From Octopus sinensis (Eukaryota): a stretch of DNA of 64,000 nt. The notes below the pieces were generated by a model. It had not been told where the DNA came from, did no database searches, and saw only the letters and a list, made by a program, of their open reading frames with translations. The translations under genes and the position numbers were made by a program. Shown piece after piece: positions 49,028 through 60,214 of the stretch (positions are counted from its first letter, which is position 1; every line of letters starts with the position of its first letter). The DNA lies in contig NC_043000.1 of NCBI RefSeq assembly GCF_006345805.1, positions 152,334,001 to 152,398,000 on the forward strand, given 5' to 3'.

Positions 49028-49904
49028 GACAGGTTAGAATGCGATGGAATATTTGTTTCTGTCTATGAACGCAGATAGATACATGAGTAAAATGTATGGG
49101 AAGCTAAGAGATAGAGTGAGTGAAAATGTTCTTGGAAGAGAGGAAATAGCGAGAGAGTGATTTGAGGAAGACTTTACATTAAATAACGGGAGTGGCTTGT
49201 CAAATGAAGAGGAGTGAGAGGGTACTGGAGGAAATAGCGTGAGTGAGGAAGATAGCCCCTAGCAACCACACCTTTTAAGATAGGGATTTCTAAGGTAGCC
49301 CACGAGCATCGTCACCTCATTCTACATGTCCCTGTAAATTTTGGAGCGAATCGGACGGGATGTAGTGGCATTGAAAGCGATCCAAGCGGTAAAAACGCAT
49401 TTCAGTTTTATATATAGAGATTAAGAAATTCACTGTGCATGTGGTTTTAATTTCAATCTCACTGCATGTGAACTCGGTCAAGTGTCCTCTGCTCTCATGA
49501 GTTTCAGGTTGAGTAATATCTTGTGAAAATTTAGTGGATTGAAACTGTGTGGAAGCACCTCTCTCTCTCTCTCTCTCTCTCCCTCCTCTTTTCCCCCCTT
49601 CTCTCTCTCCCTCACTTTCACTGTGTGTGCACGTGTTCATTGGTGTAAAAACTATTGTGTCAATGAAAGTTACCATTCAATATATAAGCTATTCATTAAC
49701 TAGTTATCAATAAAATAAGTACCTCACAGAAATAAATATAGACATTGACTTGATTGACTAAAATTCTTCAAGGTAGTATCCCACCATGAGTTCAGTCCAG
49801 TGAAGGAAACTAGTAAAAGTAGAATCGATGCAACATGTCCCATCTGTCACATTTCATCCCATATAATGTGACACTATAGACTAGCAATGAAGGATATGTA
49901 CACA

Positions 49905-50310
49905 TAGGCGCAGGAGTGGCTGTGTAGTAAGTAGCTTGCTAAACAACCACCTGGTTCCGGGTTCAGTCCCACTGCGTGGCATCTTGGGCAAGTGTCTTCT
50001 GCTATAGCCCCGGGCCGACCAATGCCTTGTGAGTGGATTTGGTAGACGGAAACTGAAAGAAGCCTGTCGTATATATCTATATATATATGTGTGTATGTGT
50101 TTGTGTGTCTGTGTTTGTCCCCCTAGCATTGCTTGACAACCGATGCTGGTGTGTTTATGTCCCCGTCACTTAGCGGTTCGACAAAAGAGACCGATAGAAT
50201 AAGTACTGGGCTTACAAAGAATAAGTCCCGGGGTCGATTTGCTTGACTAAAGGCGGTGCTCCAGCTTGGCCGCATTCAAATGACTGAAACAAGTAAAAGA
50301 GTAAAAGAGA
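49905..50310 (+). mobile_element. SINE family A
   Basis: full-length copy. Confidence 0.9.
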
Positions 50311-50511
50311 GTATGCCCTTTGTACTAGATTAATGAGCTTCAAAATATTTCATTTGTGCCATAGACCTGTTGAAGGGGCTAGATAAAGTAAGTACATGTT
50401 TTCGCTCTACCAGGCTTGTTTATCTGTAATATTCATCAGTATTGAAGATATACCTTATTTTGGGTCTAGAATTGGAAATGTAAAAAATTAACAAAGCTCT
50501 CTAGTATTATT

Positions 50512-51069
50512 TACCAGTGCCGGTGGTACGTAAGAGAACCATCCGAACTTGGCCGTTGCCAGAGCCACCCCGACTGGCCTCGTGCCAGTGGCACGTAAAA
50601 AAGCACCATCCGATCGTGGCCATTGCCAGCCTCACCTGGCCCCCATCCCAGTGGCACGTAAAGAGCACCATCTGATCGTGGCCGTTTGCCAGCCTCGCCT
50701 GGCCCCCATGCCGGTGGCATGTAAAAAGCATCATCCGATCGTGGCCATTTGCCAGCCTCGCCTGGCCCCCATGCCGGTGGCACGTAAAAAGCACCATCCG
50801 ATCGTGGCCAATTGCCAGCCTCACCTGGCCCCCATCCCGGTGGCACGTAAAGAGCACCATCTGATCGTGGCCGTTTGCCAGCCTCGTCTGGCACGTAAAA
50901 AGCACCCGCTACACTCACAGAGTTGTCGGCATTAGGAAGGACATCCAGCTGTAGAAACATTGCCAGATCAGACTGGGCCTGGTGCTGCCTTCTGGCTTCC
51001 CAGACCCCAGTTGAACTGTTCAACCCATGCTAGCATGGAAAGCGGACGCTAAACGATGATGATGATGAC
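50512..51069 (+). mobile_element. family-C RTE 3' end with an expanded 63-bp minisatellite
   Basis: units at about 50524, 50588, 50651, 50714, 50777 and 50840. Confidence 0.88.
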
Positions 51070-51196
51070 AATATAATATTGGGTAGTGGTATAGTTAAGA
51101 GAATCCACAGCATATAATTTGCGCTTATTTTGTTGATCCTCCATGAGGATGGAATCAGAAAGAATTTAAAATTAGGTAAATGGTATGTAATGCATT

Positions 51197-51596
51197 TAGG
51201 CGCAGGAGTGGCTGTGTGGTAAGTAGCTTGTTTACCAACCACATGGTTCCGGGTTCAGTCCCACTGCGTGGAACCTTGGGTAAGTGTCTTCTACTATAGC
51301 CTCGGGCCGACCAAAGCCCTGTGAGTGGATTGGGTAGATGGAAACTGAAAGAAGCCTGTCGTATATATGTATATATATGTGTGTGTGTATGTGTTTGTGT
51401 GTCTGTGTTTGTCCCCCTAGCATTGCTTGACAACCGATGCTGGTGTGTTTATGTCCCCGTTACTTAGTGGTTCGGCAAAACAGACCGATAGAATAAGTAC
51501 TGGGCTTACAAAAGAATAAGTCCCGGGATCGAGTTGCTCGATTAAAGGTGGTGCTCCAGCATGGCCACAGTCAAATGACTGAAACAAGTAAAGAGT
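51197..51596 (+). mobile_element. SINE family A
   Basis: full-length copy. Confidence 0.9.
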
Positions 51597-51720
51597 CCAG
51601 TCTGCCACCAATTCTAACAATATTTTTTTAATATTCTAGTTTTTATAATGAACATTTTATTGTATTAATTTCTTATAATTCCATTGTTAATTTTTATCAT
51701 TTACTTTATCCTTCTGCCAG

Positions 51721-51902
51721 GTTGTAATCGTACCTATACAGCTGCTAATGGAGAAATTTTCAGTCCTGGCTGGCCCAATGTGTATCCACGCTCTAGCAGA
51801 TGTTTTTTCAGAATAATCACACCAGAGGGCACTAAAGTCTCATTGTTCTTTCATTTTTTTAATGTTGAGTATCATTATAGATGTAACTATGATTATCTCC
51901 AG
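51721..51902 (+). CDS. CUBN: exon w14, CUB N-half (CNRTYTAANGEIFSPGWP...CNYDYLQ)
   Basis: tgccag acceptor, gtaaat donor, phase 1/0. Confidence 0.93.
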
Positions 51903-52067
51903 GTAAATATCTATATTTCACCTCATCTTATTTATCACTTTAAGCAGTTTCACATTTCTTTTTTTTTTGTTGTTTTTAAACTAGAAAAAAACAGTAACAA
52001 TACCAATTGACTAAGCTGTTGTTACTAATTTTGTTTAACTGAAATAAAGGAATATATATAAACTAAT

Positions 52068-52376
52068 GTGGAGGCGCAATGGCCCAGTGGTTAGGGCAGC
52101 GGACTCGCGGTTGCAGGATCGCGGTTTTGATTCCCAGACTGGGCGTTGTGAGTGTTTATTGAGCGAAAACACCTAAAAAAAAGCTCCACGAGGCTCCAGC
52201 AGGGGGTGATGATCCCTGCTATACTCCTTCACCACTCTTTCTCTCAATCTTTCTTCTGTTGGCCTGCTCCCTTAGCCACCGGGGTGGCGTCATTCGAAGG
52301 CTAAAACAATGCGAACGCATTGTGACCAGCGATGTGTAACAACATCTGATGGTCTGGTCGGTCACGTGATCACGTG
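52068..52376 (+). mobile_element. chimeric SINE: family-B head and 5' body with an unrelated 3' tail
   Basis: 12-bp TSD atataaactaat at 52056-52067 and 52377-52388. Confidence 0.8.
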
Positions 52377-52685
52377 ATATAAACTAATATTGTGAATAAA
52401 TTATGTGAGAAGAATTTTTGATGCAATCAACAATTATATCAACAGTAAATAGAAGATAACAAACTGAGAGTTTAATATGCAGTTGAAGTGCACAATTGAT
52501 TCAATGCACTGCAGGACATTGATGATAATGAAAATGCAGGCACTATGTACGACAAGATCATTAAAGCTAATGAGGCTGCACCTGAGTTTAGCATCCCACT
52601 GAAACCAAAACCTAGACAAAGGGTTCCTTGGGAAAACAGAAATGTAACCAAAGTGATTTAAAACCTCAAAGAGCTGAATATTCAT

Positions 52686-53080
52686 TTCTACGCTAGGCAC
52701 AAGGCCTGAAATTTTGGGGGAGGGGGCCAGTTGATTAGATCGACCCCAGTACACAACTGGTTCTTAATTTATCGACCCCGAAAGGATGAAAGGCAAAGTC
52801 GACCTCGGCGGAATTTGAACTCAGAATGTAAAGACAGACGAAATACCTATTTCTTTACTACCCACAAGGGGCTAAACACAGAAAGGACAAACAATGACAG
52901 AGAAATGGATTAAGTTGATTATATCGACCCCAGTGCATAACTGGCACTTATTTAATCGACCCCGAAAGGATGAAAAGCAAAGTCGACCTTGGCAGAATTT
53001 GAACTCAGAACTTAACAGCAGACGAAATACAGCTATGCATTTCACCCGGCATGCTAACGTCTCTGCCAGCTCGTTGCCTT
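52686..53080 (-). mobile_element. SINE family E (single internal unit)
   Basis: family-E head, body and tail. Confidence 0.85.
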
Positions 53081-53149
53081 CAAAGAACTGAATATTGTCT
53101 TGATCGTAAACCATACGTAGCAGAATCTAAGCAAGGTCAAAGAAGAAGA

Positions 53150-55110
53150 GAAAATCCTAGATTATACACAGATTAGTGACTAACCTCTCTCATTTTGTTA
53201 TCAGCTGAATTACTTTTGGTTATCTTTGCTCAAAATCTTCCTTCACTCTTTCTAATACATCTGCTCCCCTTACTGCTCTCCAAACTGCTGAAACCACCAG
53301 CATCTCTTCAACCATATTTTCTCTTGCACTGAAGACATATCTCGCATCACTAAAAGCCATTGTTTTCAGTGACTTCAACACTCACAACTATTTATGGCTC
53401 TCTCATTCACCAGTTTCTAATATTTCTGCTGCAGAAATCAAATTTTTTGCAGTCTTTAACCCTCTACATCATTTTGCCTCATCCTCTACACCAGTGCTTT
53501 TCAACCTTTTTGCTGGAGCGGAACCCCAAGGAAACATTCCACTGGCTCGAGGAACCCCTGTGCAATAATTTAATAGTCTTATGCACGCATATCTGCACAG
53601 GAGAATTAATAATTACTGCCGATTTTAGCAGTTTTGTAACTTCTTGCGGAACCCCTAGACTGTACTGGCAGAAGCCTAAGATTCCATGGAACCCTGGTTG
53701 AAAACCACTGCTCTACACATATACCAGATTGATACACAGACATCCTAAGCATTTTCATGACCAAGTCTAATCACTATCAAATTGTCATTGTCTCTGCACT
53801 TATTGAATCTTATGATCACTTCTTCATCTCTACTGTCCAGCACATATCCACGTGCCAGACAAGATTTTCTATCCCTTTACTCTATTGCATTTCAAATCAG
53901 ATGGGTTAAGTTCTTTTAGTGTTATATGAGCTGTCCCTGGCAGCATACGTGTTATACTCTTGACTCATCAGAAATTGCTAGGCAAATAGGTGAAGCTGTA
54001 TTTTCAAGTAATACCCATCCACATCCAACACGTAACAAAATTTCTAGTCGAACTATTGCTGTTAAGGCAAGAAATGAAACCTGCAATGCATAGAGAAACT
54101 CTCCCACTGCCAAAAACTTGGTGGGGTTTACTCAGCAATGAAACTCCTGCAAAATAATGATTTGACCTGCAAAACATGACTTTGTGCATCCACAGTTCTC
54201 AAGCTGTTGTGTCTCCTAAACTGAAGTGAACTCTTCTGGGACCTTGTAAAAAGAATATCTACCAACTTAGTAGAATCATCTTTTCATCCACAACAATGTT
54301 GATTCTGTGAGCAGTGCTCTCACAGGGAAAGCCTCTTTCTTCTCTCCTCACTTTGCAGACGATTCCACTCCACACTGCACATACTTGGCAAATCTAATCT
54401 GTTCTCTTCCATTCTTCTATTTCAAGTGTAAAAATTCCTTTGGTTATTCAAAACCAACAGGATCACTTACCTTGACTATGTCCTTTCCATTACTCTCAAA
54501 TATTATGACCCTATTCTCAACAAACTCTTCAGTCTCCCCTTTCTACATGGATGTACTCTGATCTTTGGAATCATGCCCCATTTAAAAGGAAAGCAAACCC
54601 ACTTGTTCTGAAAATTATCACTCTTCTGCACTTACAATATCTCTGATGTAATGAAAATAGTCATTAACAACATTTTCTAACACATTGATGACCACCAGTA
54701 TGGTTTCTGTAAAACTTAATTCACTGATAACCTTCTCTCCCTTGTCACCAGCAGTGCACTCACTCCCTCTCACATTGGAGAGATTTCGTAGAAGCAGTGT
54801 TGTCGCTCTTGACATTAGCAAAGCTTGCATATCTCTTAACAAACTACTTGCTTATGAGCTCCATCCGTCCCTCTTTTCTTGGGTTAGTTTCCTACCAAGT
54901 CACATTATCACTGTGTGTGTTAATGGAACTCTTTCTGTTTCTCACTTTATCAACTCTGGTCATCCCCAGGCTTTTGTTTTGTTCCACATTCTGTTTCTTC
55001 TATATGTCAGTGACCTATTTGACATCACATCGAAAGTGTCCTTTCTTACACAGATATTAACCTTCATTCTTTAATGTTTCTGTCTATACATCATCCATAT
55101 GCATCCACTA
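53150..55110 (+). mobile_element. decayed CR1/L2-group LINE (endonuclease plus RT)
   Basis: DFNTHN.LWL, VALDISKA, INSG.PQ..VL..ILFLLYVSDL. Confidence 0.7.
53492..53710. mobile_element. hAT (Charlie-type) MITE, 219 bp
   Basis: TIR cagtgcttttcaacc / ggttgaaaaccactg; 8-bp TSD ctctacac. Confidence 0.9.
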
Positions 55111-55126
55111 GCTGTATTCAAACCTT

Positions 55127-55452
55127 ATCATCATCATTGTTCGACCGTGGTCAAGACAATGGAATTTACCATGCTACGCCAGACTTCACGGTCCATCATG
55201 GCATTACGGAGGTCCTGTTGCTGGATGCTTGTATCCCTGGAGTATACATCAGGGTAGGAGAGTGTGCGCACCCTCTGGTATTGCGAGTAGATGGCTTCCA
55301 GAGGAGAAGAGTAGAAATTGCCTCGTTTTCAGCTCTACAACAATGTCCAGCAAACTGGACTCTCCTACCTTTCACAAGAGATGACACAGGTGGTATTTTC
55401 CTATATATTTGCATTTTGGTTGGATGACGCTTCCACGAGATATTTTGAGCTC
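55127..55452 (-). mobile_element. family-D RTE-like LINE 3' end
   Basis: ISWKRHPTKMQIY...RRVQFAGHCCRA. Confidence 0.82.
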
Positions 55453-55658
55453 TCATAAGGAGGCGAGTGTAGGTTCCACCAGTTCTATGAACAGAGATCT
55501 AGAAAGTAACTTTTTGTAGGGATACACAGAAGTCTGATAAAGAAGTTCATGTTTCTGGATTTTAGAATGTTTGGAAACAGTTATGAAGATGTGAAGATAC
55601 ACTGAGCTAAACTGTTGAAGATTGCTGGTGGACGAGAACTGGTATAAGTCATATGCAT

Positions 55659-56045
55659 GGAGGCGCAATGGCCCAGTGGTTAGGGCAGCGGACTCGCGGT
55701 CATAGGATCGCGGTTTCGATTCCCAGACCGGGCGTTGTGAGTGTTTATTGAGCGAAAACACCTAAAGCTCCATGAGTCTCCAGCAGGGGGTGGTGGTGAT
55801 CCCTGCTGTACTCTTTCACCACAACTTTCTCTCACTCTTACTTCCTGTTTCTGTTGTACCTGTATTTCAAAGGGCCGGCCTTGTCACTCTCTGTGTCATG
55901 CTGAATATTCCCGAGAACTACGTTAAGGGTACACGTGTCTGTGGAGTGCTCAGCCACTTACACGTTAATTTCACGAGCAGGCTGTTCCGTTGATTCGGAT
56001 CAACCGGAACCCTCGTCGTCGTAACCGACGGAGGGCTTCCATTCC
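55659..56045 (+). mobile_element. SINE family B
   Basis: 14-bp TSD ataagtcatatgca. Confidence 0.92.
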
Positions 56046-56184
56046 ATAAGTCATATGCAGTGTTATGAATTTTAGTGATGCTGTTCAGGCATAATTAGGA
56101 CGTAGCATTTATAGTTTCATTTGAAATGCTTAATGTCTGCATTCTTGAAATTTTAGTCAATGTGTCTGTGGATTCTTTGAAATT

Positions 56185-57047
56185 AAAATGCTTGAGAAGA
56201 CCCGTCAAGCAAAGTGAAATCATTGTTGTGGCCGTTATCAGTGTCACGTAACTGGCACCCATGCCAGTGGCATGTAAAAAGCACCGTTCAAGCGTTGGGC
56301 CTAACAGAGGCAATGTGGCTGATGCTGGTGTCACATATGGTGATATGGTGACCCCCTTCGGTCTGACAGTGACCATGGGTTTGCACCTAGAGAGTTACCC
56401 TCTGAGGCACAAGTCTGGGCAAAGTTGTTTTATGGAAGACCAGCAGTCGCCCATGCATACCGGCCTCCCCTCTCCACGCAACCAGTGTTATCCAAGGGAA
56501 AGGCAAAGGGGCCGATACAGCTTGGCACCTGTGATGTCGCAACTCATTTCTACAGCTGAGTGAACTGGAGCAACGTGAAATAAAGTGTCTTGCTCAAGAA
56601 CACTACACGCAGCCCGGTACGGAATTGGAGCTCACAACCTCACGATCGTAAGCTCGACACTCTAACCACTGAGCCACGCGCCTTCACTATGGTGTCACAT
56701 AACTAGCATGTAAAAGCACCCTTCAAGCGCTGGGTCTTACAGAGGCAATGACAAATGACCAAGACCTTTGGCAATATGTTGTGCTTGAGAAGAAGTCAGT
56801 CCCATCAAGCCAACTGAAATTGTAGTCATGGCAGATACAGGTGTCATGCAAACTGGCACCTGTGCTAATGGCACATAAAAGCACCCACTGCACTCTCAGA
56901 GGTGTTGGCGTTAGGAAGGGCATCCAGCTGTAGAAACTCTTCCAGATCAGATTGGAGCCTGGTGCAGCCATCTGGCTCACTATTCCTAAGTCAAACCGTC
57001 AAACCCATGCCAGCATGGACAATGGATGTTAAATGATGATGATGATG
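56185..57047 (+). mobile_element. composite family-C RTE 3' ends with an intervening repeat
   Basis: family-C UTR pieces and a (GAT)n tail. Confidence 0.6.
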
Positions 57048-57349
57048 AAAATATTTGAGATTTTTGCATTTTTGCATTTTTGTACCTTGTACACTTCAAA
57101 CCTATTACAGAGCACATATTTATCTATAAGACAGGTTTGATTTTGGTTATAACTAATACTGAAATAATAAGGCTGTAACAAATATATGCAATTAAAATTG
57201 AAATAAATTAAGAATACTTCTTCAGAATTCTGTAAAATATAAAAGCATAAAAAATTAAAAAATTTCAGTTTTCTATCAAGGCTAGACTAAAATTAAAATT
57301 TTATTTAAAATTCAGTTGCTTATTCTAAATAATAATTTTTTCTTTTTAG

Positions 57350-57515
57350 ATTCTCTATCAATACAACTCAACAAATAATTATTCTTCACAATACTGTTAC
57401 AATCGGTTACCAGATCCAATATTTACAGAAAGTAATTATATAAACATGAGTTTTTACAGTGATAATATCATTAATAAGAAAGGTTATCATCTAATATTTA
57501 CCTCTACAACAAAAG
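57350..57515 (+). CDS. CUBN: exon w15, CUB C-half (ILYQYN...YCYNRLPDPIF...FYSDNIINKKGYHLIF)
   Basis: tttttag acceptor, gtaagt donor, phase 0/1. Confidence 0.91.
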
Positions 57516-57991
57516 GTAAGTCTACACTATGTTTCCGTTCATTCATTCAATCATTATTGTCATCATTTTGCATTTGCTTTTCCATGCTAGCATGTTTTGA
57601 GACAATGTTTTTCCATGCAGGGATGTTTTGAGACAATGTATATGAACTGGATGTTCTTCCTGGCACCATTCTTTTAGTCACTTCTTACAACATGCAGGAA
57701 TATGGTGTATCTCTTCTAAAATCAAAGACACACAAAATACATACAGAATCATTGTAGCTTGTTTTACGAATGTAAATAATATCCTGTAACAATATGTCTT
57801 TGGAAAATCACTGAGTATTTTGGCTTCATGCAGTGTGTTCCTGGCAAGCCAACCCTATAGAGCTTATTTCTTTTGGGTCTGAACCTTTGAAAAAAATTGT
57901 AAGGTTACAGAGCATTTATTAATTACATAATGATATTATAGTTTACTCAAATGAACTATATGATAATATATAATACCTATATATATATATA

Positions 57992-58220
57992 TATTTCTTT
58001 ACTACCCACAAGGGGCTAAACATAGAGGGGACAAACAAAGACAGACAAAGGGATTAAGTTGATTATATCGACCCAGTGCAAAACTGGTACTTTACTTATC
58101 GATCCTGAGAGGATGAGAGGCAAAGTCAACCTCAGCAGAATTTGAACTCAGAACGTAACGACAGACGAAATACCACCAAGTATTTCACCCGGCGCACTAA
58201 CTTTTCTGCCAGGTCGCTTT
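57992..58220 (-). mobile_element. SINE family E
   Basis: family-E head and body. Confidence 0.8.
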
Positions 58221-58235
58221 TTATATATATATATA

Positions 58236-58268
<33 letters not shown>

Positions 58269-58277
58269 TACACACAC

Positions 58278-58590
58278 ACTAATAAAAAGGGTTCAGCAAA
58301 AGAATTGCCTCTACTTTAAAAAGGGTCTTCCTGAGAAACCATAATACTTGAAGGTAACCTTCAAGTATTATGGTTTCTCAGGAAGACCCTTTTTAAAGTA
58401 GAAGAAATGGCTAAGATTTTTGACTGCTATTTCTGAACTTCGGTGTGTGGTGAGGCAATTCTTTTGCTGAACCCTTTTTATTAGTATTACTAAAATTTAC
58501 CGTATAACGGTCCTGTTTTCATACCGAATTCTACTTGGTGAAATTTATTGATTATTTCTTAATTAATTAATTTTACCCTTTGTTACTATA
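58278..58590. repeat. nested fold-back (46-bp and 34-bp perfect inverted repeats), probably Penelope-like
   Basis: 58310-58355 / 58357-58402 and 58278-58311 / 58452-58485. Confidence 0.85.
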
Positions 58591-58933
58591 TATATATATA
58601 AAGACAGGTTTGGTTGTAGTAATGGTTTTTATTAGACAATCTTTCACCCAACAGATGATCTCTTATTAACTAAGTCAACCTTGTCTTTTTTTTTATATTG
58701 TGAATTTTTTATTACCTTCCACATAGTTTTACAATTAGTTTAACTTGATTATTATCATTATTCGTTTCCAGTTCAAAGGAAATTTTAAGCAAATATTAGG
58801 ATTTAAAGGAGGAGAGAAACTGACAATCAGGAAAAATAGAAATGCATAGATGTAGAATAACCAGCATCCAGTGCAATGATGAATACAATAATTTCCTCAT
58901 TTACAGATGGTACCCTAGATTTATAGTGTGGTA

Positions 58934-59316
58934 GGAGGCGCAATGGCCCAGTGGTTGGGGTAGCGGACTCGCGGTCATAGGATCGCGGTTTCGATTCCCA
59001 GACCGGGCGTTGTGAGTGTTTATTGAGCGAAAACACCTAAAGCTCCACGAGGCTCCGGCAGGGGATGGTGGTGATCCCTGCTGTACTCTTTCACCACAAC
59101 TTTCTCTCACTCTTACTTCCTGTTTCTGTTGTACCTGTATTTCAAAGGGCCAGCCTTGTCACTCTCTGTGTCACGCTGAATATCCCCGAGAACTACGTTA
59201 AAAGTACACGTGTCTGTGGAGTGCTCAGCCACTTACACGTTAATTTCACGAGCAGGCTGTTCCGTTGATTCGGATCAACCGGAGCCCTCATCGTCGTAAC
59301 CAACGGAGTGCTTCCA
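58934..59316 (+). mobile_element. SINE family B
   Basis: 14-bp TSD ttatagtgtggtag. Confidence 0.92.
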
Positions 59317-59600
59317 TTATAGTGTGGTAGCGTCAAAAGAAGTTCTGACATTCATATTTTATCTTTTAGCATTGGCATATTAATACTTCATAAGAACCTA
59401 TATAGTTAGTATTTCTCTAAGACACTTAGAAAGAGAAAATGTGTGTCTGATCAATGAAGTATCAGGATTTTGACCTAGTTATGATGGGTGCTCATTAAAG
59501 ATTCCCCCTGATCCACTTCTGATTATTGCAGAAAACGGAACTTGTACTGTTATAATGGTACATGTCTTTGCATGTCACATTGACCTCTGGAAATATGCTA

Positions 59601-60211
59601 TGTTCGAGAAGACTCGGCAAGCGCATAAACTTGCCAGGGTGTAACCAGTCCACTTCTGTGTGCCTTTCCTTTGTTGGACACTAAACTCTGCTTGCGAAGA
59701 CCTGTTGAGGCAAGTGAAATCGAAATCGAAATAAATTCGATGACTGGTATCCGTTGCTGTGGAGTGCTAAGAGTACCATACGAGTGAGATCGTTGCCAGA
59801 GCAACAAGCTGGCTTCCATGCCGTAGGCACATTGAAAACACCATTCAAGCATGATCGTTACCTGCGTCGCCTTACTGGCACTTGTGCTGGTGGCACGTGA
59901 AAAAAACATTCGAGCAAGGTTGTTGCCAGTGCCACTGGACTGGTTCCTGTGCAGGTGGCACATAAAAAGCACCATTTGAGCGTGGCAGCTGCCAGTACCG
60001 CCTGACTAGCCCTCGTGCTGATGGCACGTAAAAGCACCCACTACACTCTCGGAGTGGTTGGCATTAGGAAGGCCATCCAGCTGTAGAAACTCTGCCAGAT
60101 CAGATTGGAGTCTGGTGTAGCCATCTGGTTCGCCAGACTTCAGTCAAATCATCCAACCCATGCTAGCATGGAAAGCAGCCGTTAAACGATGATGATGATG
60201 ATGATGATGAT
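59601..60211 (+). mobile_element. family-C RTE 3' end
   Basis: family-C UTR and (GAT)n tail. Confidence 0.85.
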
Positions 60212-60214
60212 TGT

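Larger units (their letters stand above)
46863..49420 (-). mobile_element. 2.56-kb non-autonomous Helitron (H2) with nested insertions and internal repeats
   Basis: - strand A|TCTCTATATATAAAACTG at 49420; hairpin acccac/gtgggt at 46876-46894 and CTAG|T at 46863-46866. Confidence 0.65.
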
